Source: Mytilus californianus
Lineage: Eukaryota
DNA: 64,000 nucleotides
Assembly: GCF_021869535.1 (NCBI RefSeq)
Contig: NW_026262672.1
Location: 5,518,001-5,582,000 of the forward strand
Direction of reading: 5' to 3'
Shown here one piece after another: positions 1 to 13,549 of the stretch. The stretch's first letter is position 1; each line of letters begins with the position of its first letter. A program made the translations under genes and the position numbers. Below the pieces are notes generated by a model that worked only from the letters and a program-made list of their open reading frames with translations, did not search any database and was not told the DNA's origin.

Positions 1-896
1 GTTATCAGTTTATTCAACTAGGAGTATATCTAAGTCGTAACTATTAAGATTGTCATCCCACGAAATAAAATCGGAATTTTCCATATTGCGTGCACATGAA
101 TGAAGCTTTATTCAAAAGAGAAATAAATTGTAATTTTCTTAAATATTAATTCTCAATACACACTTCGAACATGAAGAAACCATAAATTTACCGACAATCA
201 TTTAAAAAACAACTCAATGCAAGCCTATGATGAAACTGTCAAACAACACTTAGAAATCAAACATTTACCGACAATCTTACAGAAAAAACTCAATGCAAGC
301 CCAATTAATGATACATATAAAAATAAATAAAATTTTAATAATTTATAAATATCAAGAATAAAAAACAAAGCCTAGCATGATTAACAATTAATTAACAAAT
401 AAATTAAGTTTTTTTCCACATTAATTAATTTTACATTTTGTGAATTGTATTTTTTGGAAAGAGTGTGGACACCTGTGGTGTAACAACTTCTTGTTTACAA
501 GGTGTCAATTAAAACTCATTATTTATAACATGTTCGTGATTTACCTGGTCATCGAATAATTCAAACCTAATATACATGTCACACTGTGAAATTATGTCTC
601 CGAGACAGGTGTATATTCAATAGAAACCCATTATGAAACTATCAAATAAAATGAACGCTGACACAATTTATCAAGTGTCAATTATTTAATATCAGTATTT
701 TTTTAAAACAATATCAAATTATGTCTCTTTTTCAATAATACAAATCTAAAATCAAAATTACATTAAAATAAATAATTATATATGAACTCAAATTATTTAA
801 TTAATTATGATAAATTTAACACTGAAACAGTTTATGTTATGCTTAAACATTCGTCCTTACTTCGAGTACTTTTAATACTTTGACGCTTCATATGGA

Positions 897-3800
897 GTGA
901 ATGAAATTGTAACAAAACTGCCATATTTCATGCAGACTAGATGGATTGACCAAGCCAGCAAGTACAAACTTAACAATTCAGTGGTGTATCCACCATTTAG
1001 AACATCAGAATTTATTCATTCTTTAGCAGTAAAGATGAACGACCCAAGTTTTAAATTTCAACAGACTGAATCAGGTAGTAACCGAAAAGACCCTGAAAAG
1101 CAGAAGTTTAACAACAGAAATCCAACAAATAGAAATGCACTAAATAGACAAGTATTAAACACAAAAAAGACTAAAGTAGAAAATCAGAACTCAAATGACC
1201 TTAAGTGTCCAGTACACGAAGAAGGGAAACATAGTTTAGTGGAATGTCGATCATTTCCTACCAAACCCTTGCAGAAAAAGGGAGATAATAAAGAAACATG
1301 GTTTTTGCTTTAAATGTTTAAAAGGCAAGCATCTGGCTAAAGACTGTTCAGCAAAGGTTAATTGCGAAAAATGTGGAAACTCATCACATTGCACAGCGTT
1401 TCACATTGAACGTCAGGAACCATTGTTAGATAATGGCGGGGAACGAAAGAAGATAGACGAGGATACCCCGAAAGTAGGATCATTATGTACAGAAATTTGT
1501 GGCGACGCAAATCAGTTTAATTGAAAGTCATGTGCAAAAAACATTACTGATAAACCTATATCCAAAGGGATAACCAGAAAAACGTGTAAAAACATATGCG
1601 ATAATTGATGACCAAAGTGACAGGTCTTTAGCTACCTCTGAATTTTTTGATACTTTCAGCGAACACTATGATTCTATACAATTTACCTTGTCATCATGTT
1701 CAGGAAAATCTGCACAGTCTGGGCGTCGTGCCACAGGATTCATACTTGAATCATTCGATAGAAATACTCAACTCGAGTGCACATCATTAATAGAGTGTAA
1801 TGACATTCCAAATTCCAAACAAGAGATAGCTACACCTGCTGTAGCCAGACAGTATAGTCATCTAGAGTCAATAGCAGAATTTATCCCTGAATTGGACCAT
1901 GCCGCCAATATTTCACTGCTTATAGGAAGGGACATGATAAGTTGTTATCACATTTTGGACCAGATAATTGGTAAAGATCATGAACCATACGCTCAGCGCC
2001 TACGGTTAGGATGGACTATTATTGGAGAAGCATGTCATGGTCTAATGCATACATCTGATGTCATAACTGTCAACAAAACATCAGTTTTACCAAATCAGGA
2101 ATTAACCTTGAAACCTTGTAAATATAACTTTAAGGTCAAGGACACAAAACTAGAACAAAAATCTGTTTATAGTGATATATTTGAACAGACTGTAGAAGAT
2201 AATGAAGTAGGATTATCCCGTGAAGATAAGGAGTTTATAACCATTATGGAAAATGGAGTACGGAAGGAATCAAATGGTAACTTCAGTGCACCTCTGCCTT
2301 TTCGCAAAGATGGTACAACACTAAGTAATAACTATGAACAAGCACGAAAAAGAGCAGAAAACTTAGGAAGAAGTCTAAAGAGGGACCCGAAAAAGTTAGA
2401 GGATTTTCTTCAGTTCATGGAAAAGATACTTAAAAACAACCATGCAGAATTGGCACCCCCCATCAAGGATGGAGAAGAAGTATGGTATTTGCCCATTTTT
2501 GGGGTCTACCATGCTAAGAAACAGTCTAAAATACGGGTAGTTTTTGATTCGTCGGCAAAGTACCATGGGATTTGTCTAAATGACGTACTGCTTAAAGGAC
2601 CAGACTTAACAATCTAGTTAGTGTATTATCAAAGTTCAGAATAGGACAGTTTGCAGCTATTGCTGATGTGGAACAGATGTTTTTTAACTTTGAAGTTCAA
2701 GATAATCACAGAAACTTTCTCAGATTTATTTGGTTTAAAGACAATGACATTGAAATGCCACTTGTAGAATTTAGGATGCAAGTTCATGTATTCGGAAACT
2801 CTCCGTCTCCATCAGTTGCAAATTATTGTTTACGAAAGGCGGTTTGTAATCATGAAGGAGAAGAACCGTGTGACGACGTATGTAAATATGTGAACGAACA
2901 GTTCTATGTTGATGATGGACTTCTTTCTAGCGACAGTGAAAAAGACATTGCTAGTCTTATTAAAAGAACACAGGATAGACTAATGACAGGTGGTAATATT
3001 AGATTACACAAAATCTTATCAAATAGTAACAAAGTGCTTTCTAGCTTTCCACAAAAAAGACTTAGCAAAGAATATTACAGAAATAGACTTTGATTCTAAC
3101 GAATCTTGTTTACAGCGTAGTTTAGGCCTAAGCTGGGATGTCATTCGAGACATATTCACATATCAGCTATCAGCAGATGAGAAACCTTACACAAAAAGAG
3201 GACTACTCTCAGTCATAAATGGAATTTTTTGACCCTATAGGTTTTGTAGCGCCTGTAATCCTAGGAGGGAGATTAATTATGAGACAAGCTTTACAGAACG
3301 CCAGTGTAGAATGGGATGATCCATTACCAGAATATTTGATGAATGATTGGCAGATCTGGAAACAATCATTAAAGGACTTAGAAACATTAGAAATCCAAAG
3401 ATCTTTCACTGAAACATCTTTAGGCGACAGTTCAAAATGTGAACTCCACATCTTTTCAGATGCATCCAAAGACGCTATAGCCTCAGTAGCTTATATTCGC
3501 ACATTCAATGACAATGGACATTCTCAGTTCGGATTCGTATTAGGAAAATCAAAATTAGCACCTTACCATGGTCACACCATACCCAGACTTGAGTTGTGTG
3601 CAGCCGTTCTAGCAACAGAACTTGCCACTTTCATTCAGAAGACTCTTGAGATACCTTCATCTGCCACATACTTTTATACAGACAGTCAAGTGGTCCTAGG
3701 TTATCTATATAATGAGACTAGGCGATTTAACGTGTATGTTAGCAATCGAGTTGATCGAATTCTGAAGGTTTCTACAAAATTACAATGGAATTATGTGCCA

Positions 3801-5470
3801 ACAAGCTATAATCCAGCAGATCATGGTACAAGAACATTGGAAGTTAACAGTTTAAGACAATCAGAATGGTTAAAAGGTCCAAATGCCTTTTTTGCGTCCC
3901 AGAATTTATCAGATAGCACACTGTTTGAAGTCATAGAACCAGAAGTCGACAAAGAAGTCAGACCATTAGTGGAAGTAAAAAAGACATTTGTTAAGTCATC
4001 AGGTCTAGACATAAGTTTATTTGAATATTTTTCAACATGGACAAGACTTGTCAGAGGTATCGCATTTCTTAAACGAAAAGCTTCAATGTGGCACAAAGAT
4101 GAGACTGATGAAAAGAACAGTAAGTCTTGCGTCACATTCATGAAGGAGACTGAGAAGTTTATCATAAAGGAAGTACAACAAGACACATACTATAATGAGA
4201 TTGACTGCTTGAAGCAAAGAAAACCTTTACCAAAGAACAGTAGTTTAATTGCACTTTCACCAGTATTATACTCCGATGGATTACTTCGAGTAGGAGGAAG
4301 ACTTAAAAATTCAGACATAGAAAGTTGTGAAAAATGCCTGTCATAATACCAGGTAAAAGTTACATTGCTACATTAATAGTCAAGCACTGTCACAATGCTG
4401 TTCAGCACATGGGAAGACATTTTACTGAGGGAGCAATTCGTTCAAGACGAATATGGTTGACTGGAGGTAAACGACTCATTAACTCCATACTACACAACTG
4501 TTTAAAATGTCGTAAATTGCGAGGAAGTGCCGAACAACAGAAAATGGCTGATCTTCCTTCTGTCCGTCTCACACCAAGCCCTCCATTTACCTATGTTGGC
4601 GTGGACACTTTTGGTCCTTGGTCCATCTTAACAAGACGCACACGTGGAGGTTCAGCAAACACAAAGCGATGGGCGATTATGTTTTCCTGTCTAGTAACTC
4701 GAGCAATACACATAGAAGTGGTTGAGGAGATGACTTCATCTTCCTTTATCAATGCGTTGCGCAGGTTTACAGCTCTTCGAGGACCAGTCAAGGAATTCAG
4801 ATCAGATCAAGGCACAAATTTCATTGGAGCTATAAATGAACTAGACATTACAAGTTTCAATGTTGAAGACCAACCAATTAAAAACTATCTCCAAAACAAT
4901 GGAACCATATGGAAATTTAACCCACCACACGACTCCAATATGAGCGGTGCTTGGGAGCGTATGATAGGACTAGCCCGAAAGATCTTGAATTCAATGTTGT
5001 GCGATATAAAAGGTAAACAACTAACACATGAAATTCTATGCACTTTAATGGCGGAAGTATGTTGTATTGTGAACAACAGACCTATAACTGTAGTATCTAG
5101 TGATCCAGAGTCACCTCATGTGTTATCGCCAAATGTCCTTCTCACTCACAAAACAGACAATGATACGGAATATATTCCGGATTTATCACTTAAAGACACT
5201 TATAAAGCTCAATGGAAACAAGTGCAAGTATTAGCCAATCAGTTTTGGAAAAGGTGGAAAACCGAATACTTACACAATCTTCAACTCAGGAAAAAGTGGG
5301 AAGTTGAAAGCCGCAATCTATGTAAGGATGATATTGTGCTCATGATTGATGATACTCTGCATAGGAATCAGTGGTTAACAGGAACTATAGTCGAAGTTTA
5401 TCCGAGTTCAGATGGTTTGGTTCGTAAAGCATTTGTGCGTGTCATCAAGAATGGTGAACCAGCAACTTAA
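897..5470 (+). pseudogene. BEL/Pao gag-pol polyprotein broken by stops and frameshifts
   Basis: Gag Cys/His knuckles near 1210-1410; protease YAIIDDQS near 1600; RT YVDD near 2905; RNase H FSDASK and TIPRLELCAA; integrase H-H-C-C zinc finger, GVDTFGP, SDQGTNF and GAWERMIG. Split over ORFs 897-1313, 1688-2617, 2668-3093, 3219-4346 and 4334-5470. Confidence 0.93.
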
Positions 5471-5638
5471 ATTCGTCCGACTTCTAAACTTGTGTACTAA
5501 TTTTCTGATTAGAATTGGTTTGTGAATGAATGAACAATTATAAGGACGTTGATATCATTTATTATCAGACAATTGTAAAAAATTCTTGTTCGAATTTATT
5601 TGTTTCTTTTTAAATGTAGCGATTTTGTTATGTCAAAA

Positions 5639-5650
5639 TCAGGCGGGGAA
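5639..5650 (+). promoter_or_regulatory. Polypurine tract of the BEL element
   Basis: TCAGGCGGGGAA lies immediately before the TGT start of the LTR. Confidence 0.75.
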
Positions 5651-6549
5651 TGTAGTGTTTCACTTTTTTTTGTTTTGAGTTATCCTTCTTTGTACAGGTT
5701 TAGAGTAAACGCATTTCGGGGTAGTTCCCATCCCCTTTCGAATATAGCTCTCAAAATTCAGCCATGGTACACGTTTTCAATTCAATCCAAACAAAATTAG
5801 AATAATAGAGTTCCCCCACAGAGTAAGTTTATTTTCCCTGCCTGATTATATTTTTATTATGTATTTGGAAGTATGCACAAATAGTGCCAGGTATATATTT
5901 TTGTGTTTTCAACCCGTAAATAAGGATTATATTTTTGGTTCATACCAAACGAATATCTGACTTGGTCCAGGCAATACACACTTTGTAAACCTATATAAAA
6001 GTATTATAGATACTTACCTTCGTAGACATATATATTTTTTAGGTGTTTTGCATTTAATTTATTACACACAAAAGGTAAAATTCTCTGTCTAGGTTATGAA
6101 CTATTATCTTTTCTTACATGTACATGTAATATTAGGCAAACTTGGACACACTAGGAATTGTTGGTTATGTATTTTACACATTAGGAATGCTTATGCTAGT
6201 TTTTAGTCATGGTTTAGGCATGCATATATAAGCATGTAACATATTTATAGGCACAGGTTATATAGGATACTTTGCAAGTGTTTAACTAGGATTTAGATGT
6301 GTGAACTTTTGGCTGATTGATTGATTTAGGTGTGTGTTTTCATATACTGTTAGTGCATGTGTACTTACCTGATACTTACCTTCATGCAATTGGTGTATTT
6401 TTGTTTATTTTACTAGGACATATTGTAATGGGAACATTTTATTAATTTCAGCTTTCTACCTTCCCCTGGGAAGTATGTAATGTGATTAGAATAAAGAAAT
6501 AAAGAACTTATATGAACATTGGCTTTAATTAGAACCCTAGAACACTACA
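5651..6549 (+). repeat. 3' LTR (899 bp)
   Basis: Starts TGTAGTGTT and ends AACACTACA (9-bp inverted termini). Follows the purine tract. AATAAA near 6490. Confidence 0.85.
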
Positions 6550-7025
6550 CATGGATTTACTCGCATTGAACACATGTATGAATCCATAGTCTGCTATCAT
6601 TCGGGGCAATATTCTTATATTTAAAAATAAAATCGATGACAAAATAAAATTAAAATGAAATCAATAATTATAACAAGCTGCTTTCTTTCAGGAAAAGCAA
6701 CAAAAGCACCCCCAAGACCGCCTAATGGTCACCAAGAGAGTTGCTGATTAATTTTGGTTCTTGATTCGAAATAATTAGGTTCGAATAAGATAATGACGGA
6801 GATAGTGCATGTACGACGCCAAGGTTCATTTTTATGTTTTAGTGGTATTGTTGTATATTCATCTCCCATCTGCCATCATTAGATGACCCCACTGATGTTT
6901 CTTATGTTGAGAAAAAATCTTCATGGTCTGTATGATCTGACTCTACGATACAATCTGCTGCAACTGCATTCATATGTGACCCTGAAATCCTTTCTGCGAT
7001 ATAAACCTTTTCTAGATATTCCAAT

Positions 7026-7444
7026 CCCCAAGGGTGACTGGGGATAGAAGTATGGTCACCATTGGTCTTCCTCCGACCGGCGGCAAAACCCTCGTCAAAG
7101 TGGGGCGTCCGTTTGGTTGTGCGGGATGTACAAATTTGCAGCCATGTCCGGTCAGAATGAGGACGTTAAATCCGATGCCTTGTGTAAAGAGAGTGCCACG
7201 CTCTATGCACGTTAAGAATCCTTGCAACAACTCTTTGAGGGGTCCGTAGGTGACCTGTTGCAAGGCTAAATTTCTGTCCCTATCCAATATACCCTCATTT
7301 CCCGTGGCACTAAATTTCTCCGACCTTAATCCCATAATCTATTACAGAAACTTCCTATTGTATTTATTGTGAACTTGTTCTCGTCCTGAATATGCATGAA
7401 ATATTTGCCACTGGACGTTAAGCAATCAACAATCAATCAATCAA
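7026..7444 (+). mobile_element. SINE-like retroposon copy 1 with (CAAT)n tail
   Basis: Near-identical to the other four copies. Decayed TSD TCTAGATATTCCAAT / TCTAAATCTTCCAAAT. Confidence 0.85.
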
Positions 7445-9115
7445 TCTAAATCTTCCAAATCTATATTATTCGCTTCAGATCAATCGCTCCAGAATAATTG
7501 AGGATAGTCATAAATATCAAATAAATAGATTATGTTTTACGGTTTTACTGAATCGTTTGATGAATATGTGACAATTATTTATAGATTTTTTTAAATGAAA
7601 TGAAAGTAACAAAACAATACAGATTAATTGAAATGAAATGAAAGTAACAAAATATATTTCGTTATATAGGAAACATTTTTATCTTTTTTATTAATGATTA
7701 TTTTTTTAACAATTTGAAGAATATAAATTGTAGATAAGATGCTAGAAAAATAATGTATATTTCTGTTAATTGAAACTTACCTCAAGCAGTAAACTTTTCT
7801 TCTAAACTACCACGAAAAACTCTTTAAGAAAAGACATTTTAGAAAAGTAACAGTATCATATATTGTGAATAATGGTAACTAGATGTGTGAGAAAGCTACA
7901 TTTTATCGATGCTGATGTATCACCGAAACTTGATACATCAGCACAAATAAAATGTATGCTAAAAATCGAATAGCACCTCCTGGCACCAAACCTTCGATAT
8001 GGACACTCTAAAGACAAGGCAATAAGCAAAAATGAAAGACAAGAATACAAAAGAGGACCATAGCACAATAACTCAATGGTCACGATGACTCTTAATACGT
8101 TCTGATTCTAGGTTTGATTTCTGCACCAACTCTTCAGAAGGAATACGCTGGGTTTTTGTTTTTTTCACGAAAATCCCTTATTGGAGATTGTGCAAAATTA
8201 TAAGTCGAAGGCTAAATCATGAAAGTAATTATGTGTTTCTATGACTTGCAGAAACTATACAACATTTTAATCATCAACTGCCACTTTTTTATATGTTATT
8301 TGTCCTTAGATTAAGAAAAGGTTGGGCGAACAACTTCTTAATTTTAGATATACACTTGCATAAAGTTCCTTTGTAAATCAAAATTTATATTATAGAATAA
8401 AGCATCTCCATTTGTACAAGATCAAATATTGACCGTATAAACATAATATTTCTTGTTTCGTTGTGTTGTCAAGTATCAAAATGAAAATGTTAAAAATAAC
8501 ATCTATAATGAACTCTGTTATGATGATTGTTTCGATGGCAATCATATTTCATCTCCTTACCTTATTAGAAATCAATTTCCCAATCTATCATGTCTTTAGA
8601 AATATTTTTTTAATACGCTTATATACATAGGAGACTTGAAAGAATACAAAAACATATTATCTTTGTCATGTATTGTTTGTTTCGTTAATTTGTAGACACG
8701 TTGTCTCTAAATGTTGGTGGACCTGATGAGTTTTGCCCATGACTTGTATAGTTAAATAAATAATACATACACTGAACAGGAATAATATTGACAAATCAGA
8801 AAATACAACATATGCAGATATTTTTTTTATCATAATGCAAGTATAAAAATTCTTTCCAGATGGAATCCCTCCACTGCACTTTGCCAACACTGCAATCTGG
8901 CCATGACAGCTGCACAAACAGGTTAGGCGAGCTGGAAAAAGAAAAACAACAACATGAAAATGGTAAATATAATAATCAAACTTGAATCATTGTTGTCTTT
9001 CATGTTATTACCGGAAATAAGATAAAAGTACAGTGATATGCAATGAACATTCGAACGGAATATTTGTATTTATATTGTTATACTTATATCTTTCATTCCA
9101 GATGTCGTCGCTCCA

Positions 9116-9437
9116 AGTTCGCAGTCACGTCCGGTCAGAATGGGGACGTTAAATCCGATGCCTCGTGTAAAGAGAGTGCCACGCTCTTTGCACGTTAAGA
9201 ACCCTTGCAACAACTCTTTGAGGGGTCCGTAGGTGGCCTGTTGCAAGGCTAAATTTCTGTCCTTATCCAATATACCCTCATTTCCCGTGGCAGTCCAAAT
9301 TTCCCAGACCTTCATCCCGGACGGCCTCTATTACAGGACCTACCTATTGCATTTATTGTTAACTTGTTCTCGTCCTGAACATGCATGAAATATTTGCCAC
9401 TGGACGTTAAGCAACCAACAATCAATCAATCAATCAA
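9116..9437 (+). mobile_element. SINE-like retroposon copy 2, 5'-truncated
   Basis: TSD TCGTCGCTCCA at 9105-9115 and 9438-9448; (CAAT)n tail. Confidence 0.88.
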
Positions 9438-9520
9438 TCGTCGCTCCACTGCTCAAAAATGAAACTCTGCAATCTGGCCATGACAGCTGCACACATAGGT
9501 CAGCCGAGCTTCTCTTTTGT

Positions 9521-9731
9521 TACTGTAAATTCAGAAATTATTGCGTGCATTTATTATTGCGATTTTTCAAAAATGGACAAGAATGCGAGTTTAATTATTG
9601 CGATTTCAGCAAAATCTAAATACAGATCTATGTTCTAGTTATCAAAATGCGAGTTCTTATTATTGCGATACTCATCTAGTCGCATTATTCGCATTAATAA
9701 AAACCTCGCAATAATTTCTGAATTTACAGTA
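9521..9731. mobile_element. MITE with TA-flanked 25-bp TIRs (Tc1/mariner-like)
   Basis: TACTGTAAATTCAGAAATTATTGCG and its perfect reverse complement at the other end. Confidence 0.85.
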
Positions 9732-9840
9732 TTCCTCCTTCAGTCTGATTTCCTCGTCCTGTTTCTGTTTTTCCTGCTTCTTCGTTCTTCCTGTTGTAAT
9801 CTAATTTCCTCATCCTGTTTCTGTTTTTCCTCTTGTCATC

Positions 9841-10269
9841 GCCCCCCAAGGGTGACTGGGGAATAGAAGTATGGTCACCATTGGTCTTCCTCCGACCGGC
9901 GGTAAAACCCTCGCTAAAGTGGGGCGTCCGTTTGGCTGTGCGGGATGTACAAATTTGCAGCCACGTCCGGTCAGAATGGGGACGTTAAATCCGATGTCTC
10001 GTGAAAAGAGAGTGCCACGCTCTTTGCACGTTAAGAACCCTTGGAACAACTCTTTGAGGGGTCCGTAGGTGACCTGTTGCAAGGCTAAATTTCTGTCCCT
10101 ATCCAATATACCCTCATTTCCAGTGGCAGTCTAAATTTCTCCGACCTTAATCCCTTAATCTATTACAGAACCTACCTATTGTATTTATTGTGAACTTGTT
10201 CTCGTCCTGAATATGCATGAAATATTTGCCACTGGACGTTAAGCAACCAACAATCAATCAATCAATCAA
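9841..10269 (+). mobile_element. SINE-like retroposon copy 3
   Basis: TSD TCCTCTTGTCATC at 9828-9840 and 10270-10282. Confidence 0.9.
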
Positions 10270-10752
10270 TCCTCTTGTCATCCTTTCCTTGCTTAAGTTT
10301 CTTAACCTTCTGTTCATGGTGGTAATTCATTTTCTTTCTTTTCTCTCCTTCATTTTCTGTTTTCTTATTTTCTTCTGGCTTGTTTCTTTCTCGTTTTCTG
10401 GTTCCTCATTCTCGCTGTCATCCTCTAATATTATGTCTGAGATGACAACGGATTTGGGATGGCTTTTGTCTGTTTCCCTGGAAAGAGTTTATCTGATGTT
10501 TTGATGTCTGATACATATTCTTCTGAGATAGAGAGTTTCCTGGCCAATACTGGCGTCACTATATACTTTAATTCCTCGTCTATCGTGGCAGAGAAGGTAT
10601 GTAATCATGTATACTTGATGTTGACGAGTGCGGTTATCCTCCTTATCAAAACATCTAGCATCTTGTGGTCTTTTAGAACCTGATTTGGTAGTATCTTATT
10701 GACACCCAAATATCTAATTTAAAGATTAGAGTGGAGTCCCCAAGTCCTGAGA

Positions 10753-11260
10753 TCAGTTGCTGGAGGGTCTGTCCTTCATATATGGTGGGTCGTGTTGACG
10801 AATAAGACATATTGGTTGGCTCCTGCTCAACCTGTTCATCTTATGTACCCTTATCATTTCCTTCAGACACTTCCATCCTAGAACCCAATACTCTGTTTTC
10901 CTTTTGGTGTTTCCCACTCTGTTGATGAATTCCAGAACATCTATCCTGGTCTTCGTGGCCTCTTGAGAATTTTCATTGGATGGCGAAATTACCTTGGCGT
11001 ATTTCTGGTTAGTTTGACATCCAAAATCCAATGTTCTCACTCAGTAAGCTATATGGCATTAGTTGGATCTTGCTTCGATGGTTTGCCATAATATGTTCCT
11101 TGAGATCCACCATTCTCCTACATGTCTTCTCCTCAAGACACCAAACACAAATGACCGAAAGCCGTTTGTGTGGGGCAGCTGTCAGATGATTCTTGAGTTG
11201 TCTCCTGGTCCTGAATATAATAGGTCACAGCAAACACTTAACCTCCACTTGTGCTGATGG
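10753..11260 (-). pseudogene. Decayed ORF with two C2H2 zinc fingers, probably TE-derived
   Basis: The minus strand reads KCLL*PIIFRTRRQLKNHLTAAPH, then CVWCLEEKTCRRMVDLKEHIMANH, then SENIGFWM. Stops and a frameshift interrupt it. Confidence 0.65.
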
Positions 11261-12469
11261 TCTAATTCTGAAATCGAATCAAATCTTTGAAATCCCTCCA
11301 CCATTTATATAGCATATTATGATACAATAAAAGATATGTATGTAGTGTGACTATATGTGCTTGTAATATTGAAATCCTCCCCCCATATGGCATCTGCTGG
11401 TTATGAATGTCAGTAAAAATATGATTCCCCCCCTTGGTCTCCCTTATTCCCAGAGTTTCAAAAATAGTCATCCATGTTGTCCCTACCCGCTGTTCGCAGC
11501 GATAACTTAAGAATATCTAATTATGGCAGTAATTCAAATCTGCCCTCCCTTACAGCCAGATTTATATCTTGAGAAACAATGGCCATTTGTCTCCCTTCAA
11601 TATTCAACCAGGGTGGATCCAGCCCTAGGAATTCCAACATGACTCTCTCCAGCCTTTAGTAGTCATACTGTTACTCGTAAACATAGTAACAAAACCCCGT
11701 TGTTCTTGAAACAAGCTACATTAGTTTCCTGAGGTACAATCGTTATCGCGGACGCGCACTTGAGTGACTTACCCTCAGGCAAAGCAGTCTAATGACGTAT
11801 CATCAGTTGGTTTGTTGGGTCAGGAAAGGTCAACCACTTGGCAAGAAACACAGAATTATCCTACCGGCTTGTGTAGTTAACATATTTAGAAAAGAGTTTC
11901 CGTCAATGGATGGGGTATTTTTATAAAAGAGTTTCCGTCAATGGATAGGGTATACGAATGAATCAATGAATGTATTAGTGACGTGTCAGACTCTGAATAG
12001 CTTTAAAATTGACATTTAAACGATTAAACAATACCATTTTTTACAGAATGTTTCAGTTTAATTATATTATTTGTGTATCAATAAAACATATATACGACTT
12101 CTTTCACTTTGATATGTAGCTTAATAGGTTGCTTGATGTATATAACATGAAGGTTTGGTATACCAAAGTACCACGGAGCTTTGATATGCATCTAGAATTA
12201 GTCTTATTCCGAAGCACCTGAGAACATCCCAAGTTTTTGGTGGGGTTCGTGTTGAGAAACCTAAACCAGTTTTCTATGATGTATTTTTATCCCTTTGTTT
12301 GTTTTTTTTTACCATGACATAATTTTGACTAATGAGAATGACTATCCGTTTAGTATCTTTCGCCTTTTTTCAAATATTTGAACAAGACCATGAAACTGAA
12401 TTTTAGATATTAATATTGCTATTGCACTAGGTAGCAAGTTTGCAAGAGAACATGCCACTCTACCCAGAT

Positions 12470-12760
12470 ACGTTAATCTGTCAACCAGTCTCTCAGCCTT
12501 ATATTCGGTGGTTGTCGTTTGTTGCTGTGTTACATATTTGTTTGTCGTTCAATTTTTTGTACATTAATAAGGCCGTTAGTTTTCTTGTTTGAATTGTTTT
12601 ACATTTGTGATTTCGTGGTCTTTTATAGCTGACTATGCGCTATTGGCTATACGCATTGTTGAAGGCCGTACGGTGACCTATAGCTGTTAATTTCTGTGTT
12701 ATTTGGTCTCTTGTGGAGAATTGTCTCATTGCAATCATACCGCATCTTGTTTTTTTATAT
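12470..12760 (+). repeat. Dispersed non-autonomous repeat related to the 3' end of the Penelope-like element
   Basis: Shares TTGAAG-CC..GGTGACCT...GTTGTCTCATTG..CATACC.CATCTT with copies near 16180-16350, 22020-22310, 26085-26205(-), 33560-34020(-), 43415-43560, 46790-47280, 55600-56040(-), 60560-60910(-) and the 3' end of the element at 47490-48804. Confidence 0.7.
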
Positions 12761-13107
12761 TTAAAGGTTCGGTATACTAGTAGTTGTCATACTGCTCACA
12801 CGTATTGGAAAGACAAAATAGTTTGAAGTACTTCACACAGGTTTATTCTTTTTGACACAATAACAAATTGATAAAATTTAACTATAAAACACACCTAGTT
12901 ATTCATGTTACATTATAACTTTATACTATGCAGAAACCTAATATGAATAAATCAACGAATGATGATATTGTACACGATTCAAATAAAGATATTACAAACG
13001 GTAAATACTGAGTATTTCACAAATGCTTCACTTTGGATCTTTTTACTATCTGACTCTCTCGATCTTCTCTCAGTTTGCAATGACTTTGTTCACTGCTTTC
13101 CTGAATA

Positions 13108-13549
13108 CCCCCCCCCCCCCCCCCCCCCCCCCCAGGGTAACTGGGGATTAGAAGTATGGTCACCATTGGTCTTCCTCCGACCGGTAGTAAAACCCTTGCT
13201 AAAGTGGGGCGTCCGTTTGGCTGTGCGGGATGTACAAATTTGCAGCCAGGTCCGGTGAGAATGGGGACATTAAATCCGATGCCTCGTGTAAAGAGAGTGC
13301 CACGCTCTTTGCACGTTAAGAACCCTTGCAACAACTCTTTGAGGGGTCCGTAGGTGACCTGTTGCAAGCCTAAATGTCTGTCCCTATCCAATATACCCTC
13401 ATTTCCCGTGGCAGTCTAAATTTCTCCGACCTTAATCCCGGACGCCACTATTACAGAACCTACCTATTGTATTAATTGTTAATTTGTTCTCGTCCTGAAT
13501 ATGCATGAAATATTTGCCACTGGACGTTAAGCAACCAACAATCAATCAA
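13108..13549 (+). mobile_element. SINE-like retroposon copy 4 with a 26-C run at the 5' end
   Basis: TSD TCCTGAAT at 13099-13106 and 13550-13557. Confidence 0.88.

Larger units (their letters stand above)
850..6549 (+). mobile_element. BEL/Pao LTR retrotransposon, 5'-truncated and decayed
   Basis: Domain order gag, protease, RT, RNase H, integrase, then a purine tract and a 3' LTR. No 5' LTR copy is visible in 1-850. Confidence 0.93.

Noticed and set aside
1-850. 5' LTR of the BEL element; short duplication near 187-302
   Set aside because: No similarity to 5651-6549. The small duplication is low-complexity and uninformative.
6010-6400. U1 snRNA gene
   Set aside because: Only the first 10 nt match; the stem-loops and Sm site do not follow.
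7040-7110. HDV-like ribozyme fold in the SINE 5' region (GGTC-TTCCTCC-GACC, GCTAA)
   Set aside because: P2- and P3-like pairings exist, but I could not find a P1 helix or the P1.1 GG in the required order.
7012-7335. Short ORFs repeated in every SINE copy (MVTIGLPP.., MDRDRNLALQ..)
   Set aside because: They recur only because the non-coding repeat recurs. They have no recognisable domain and their starts and stops vary between copies.
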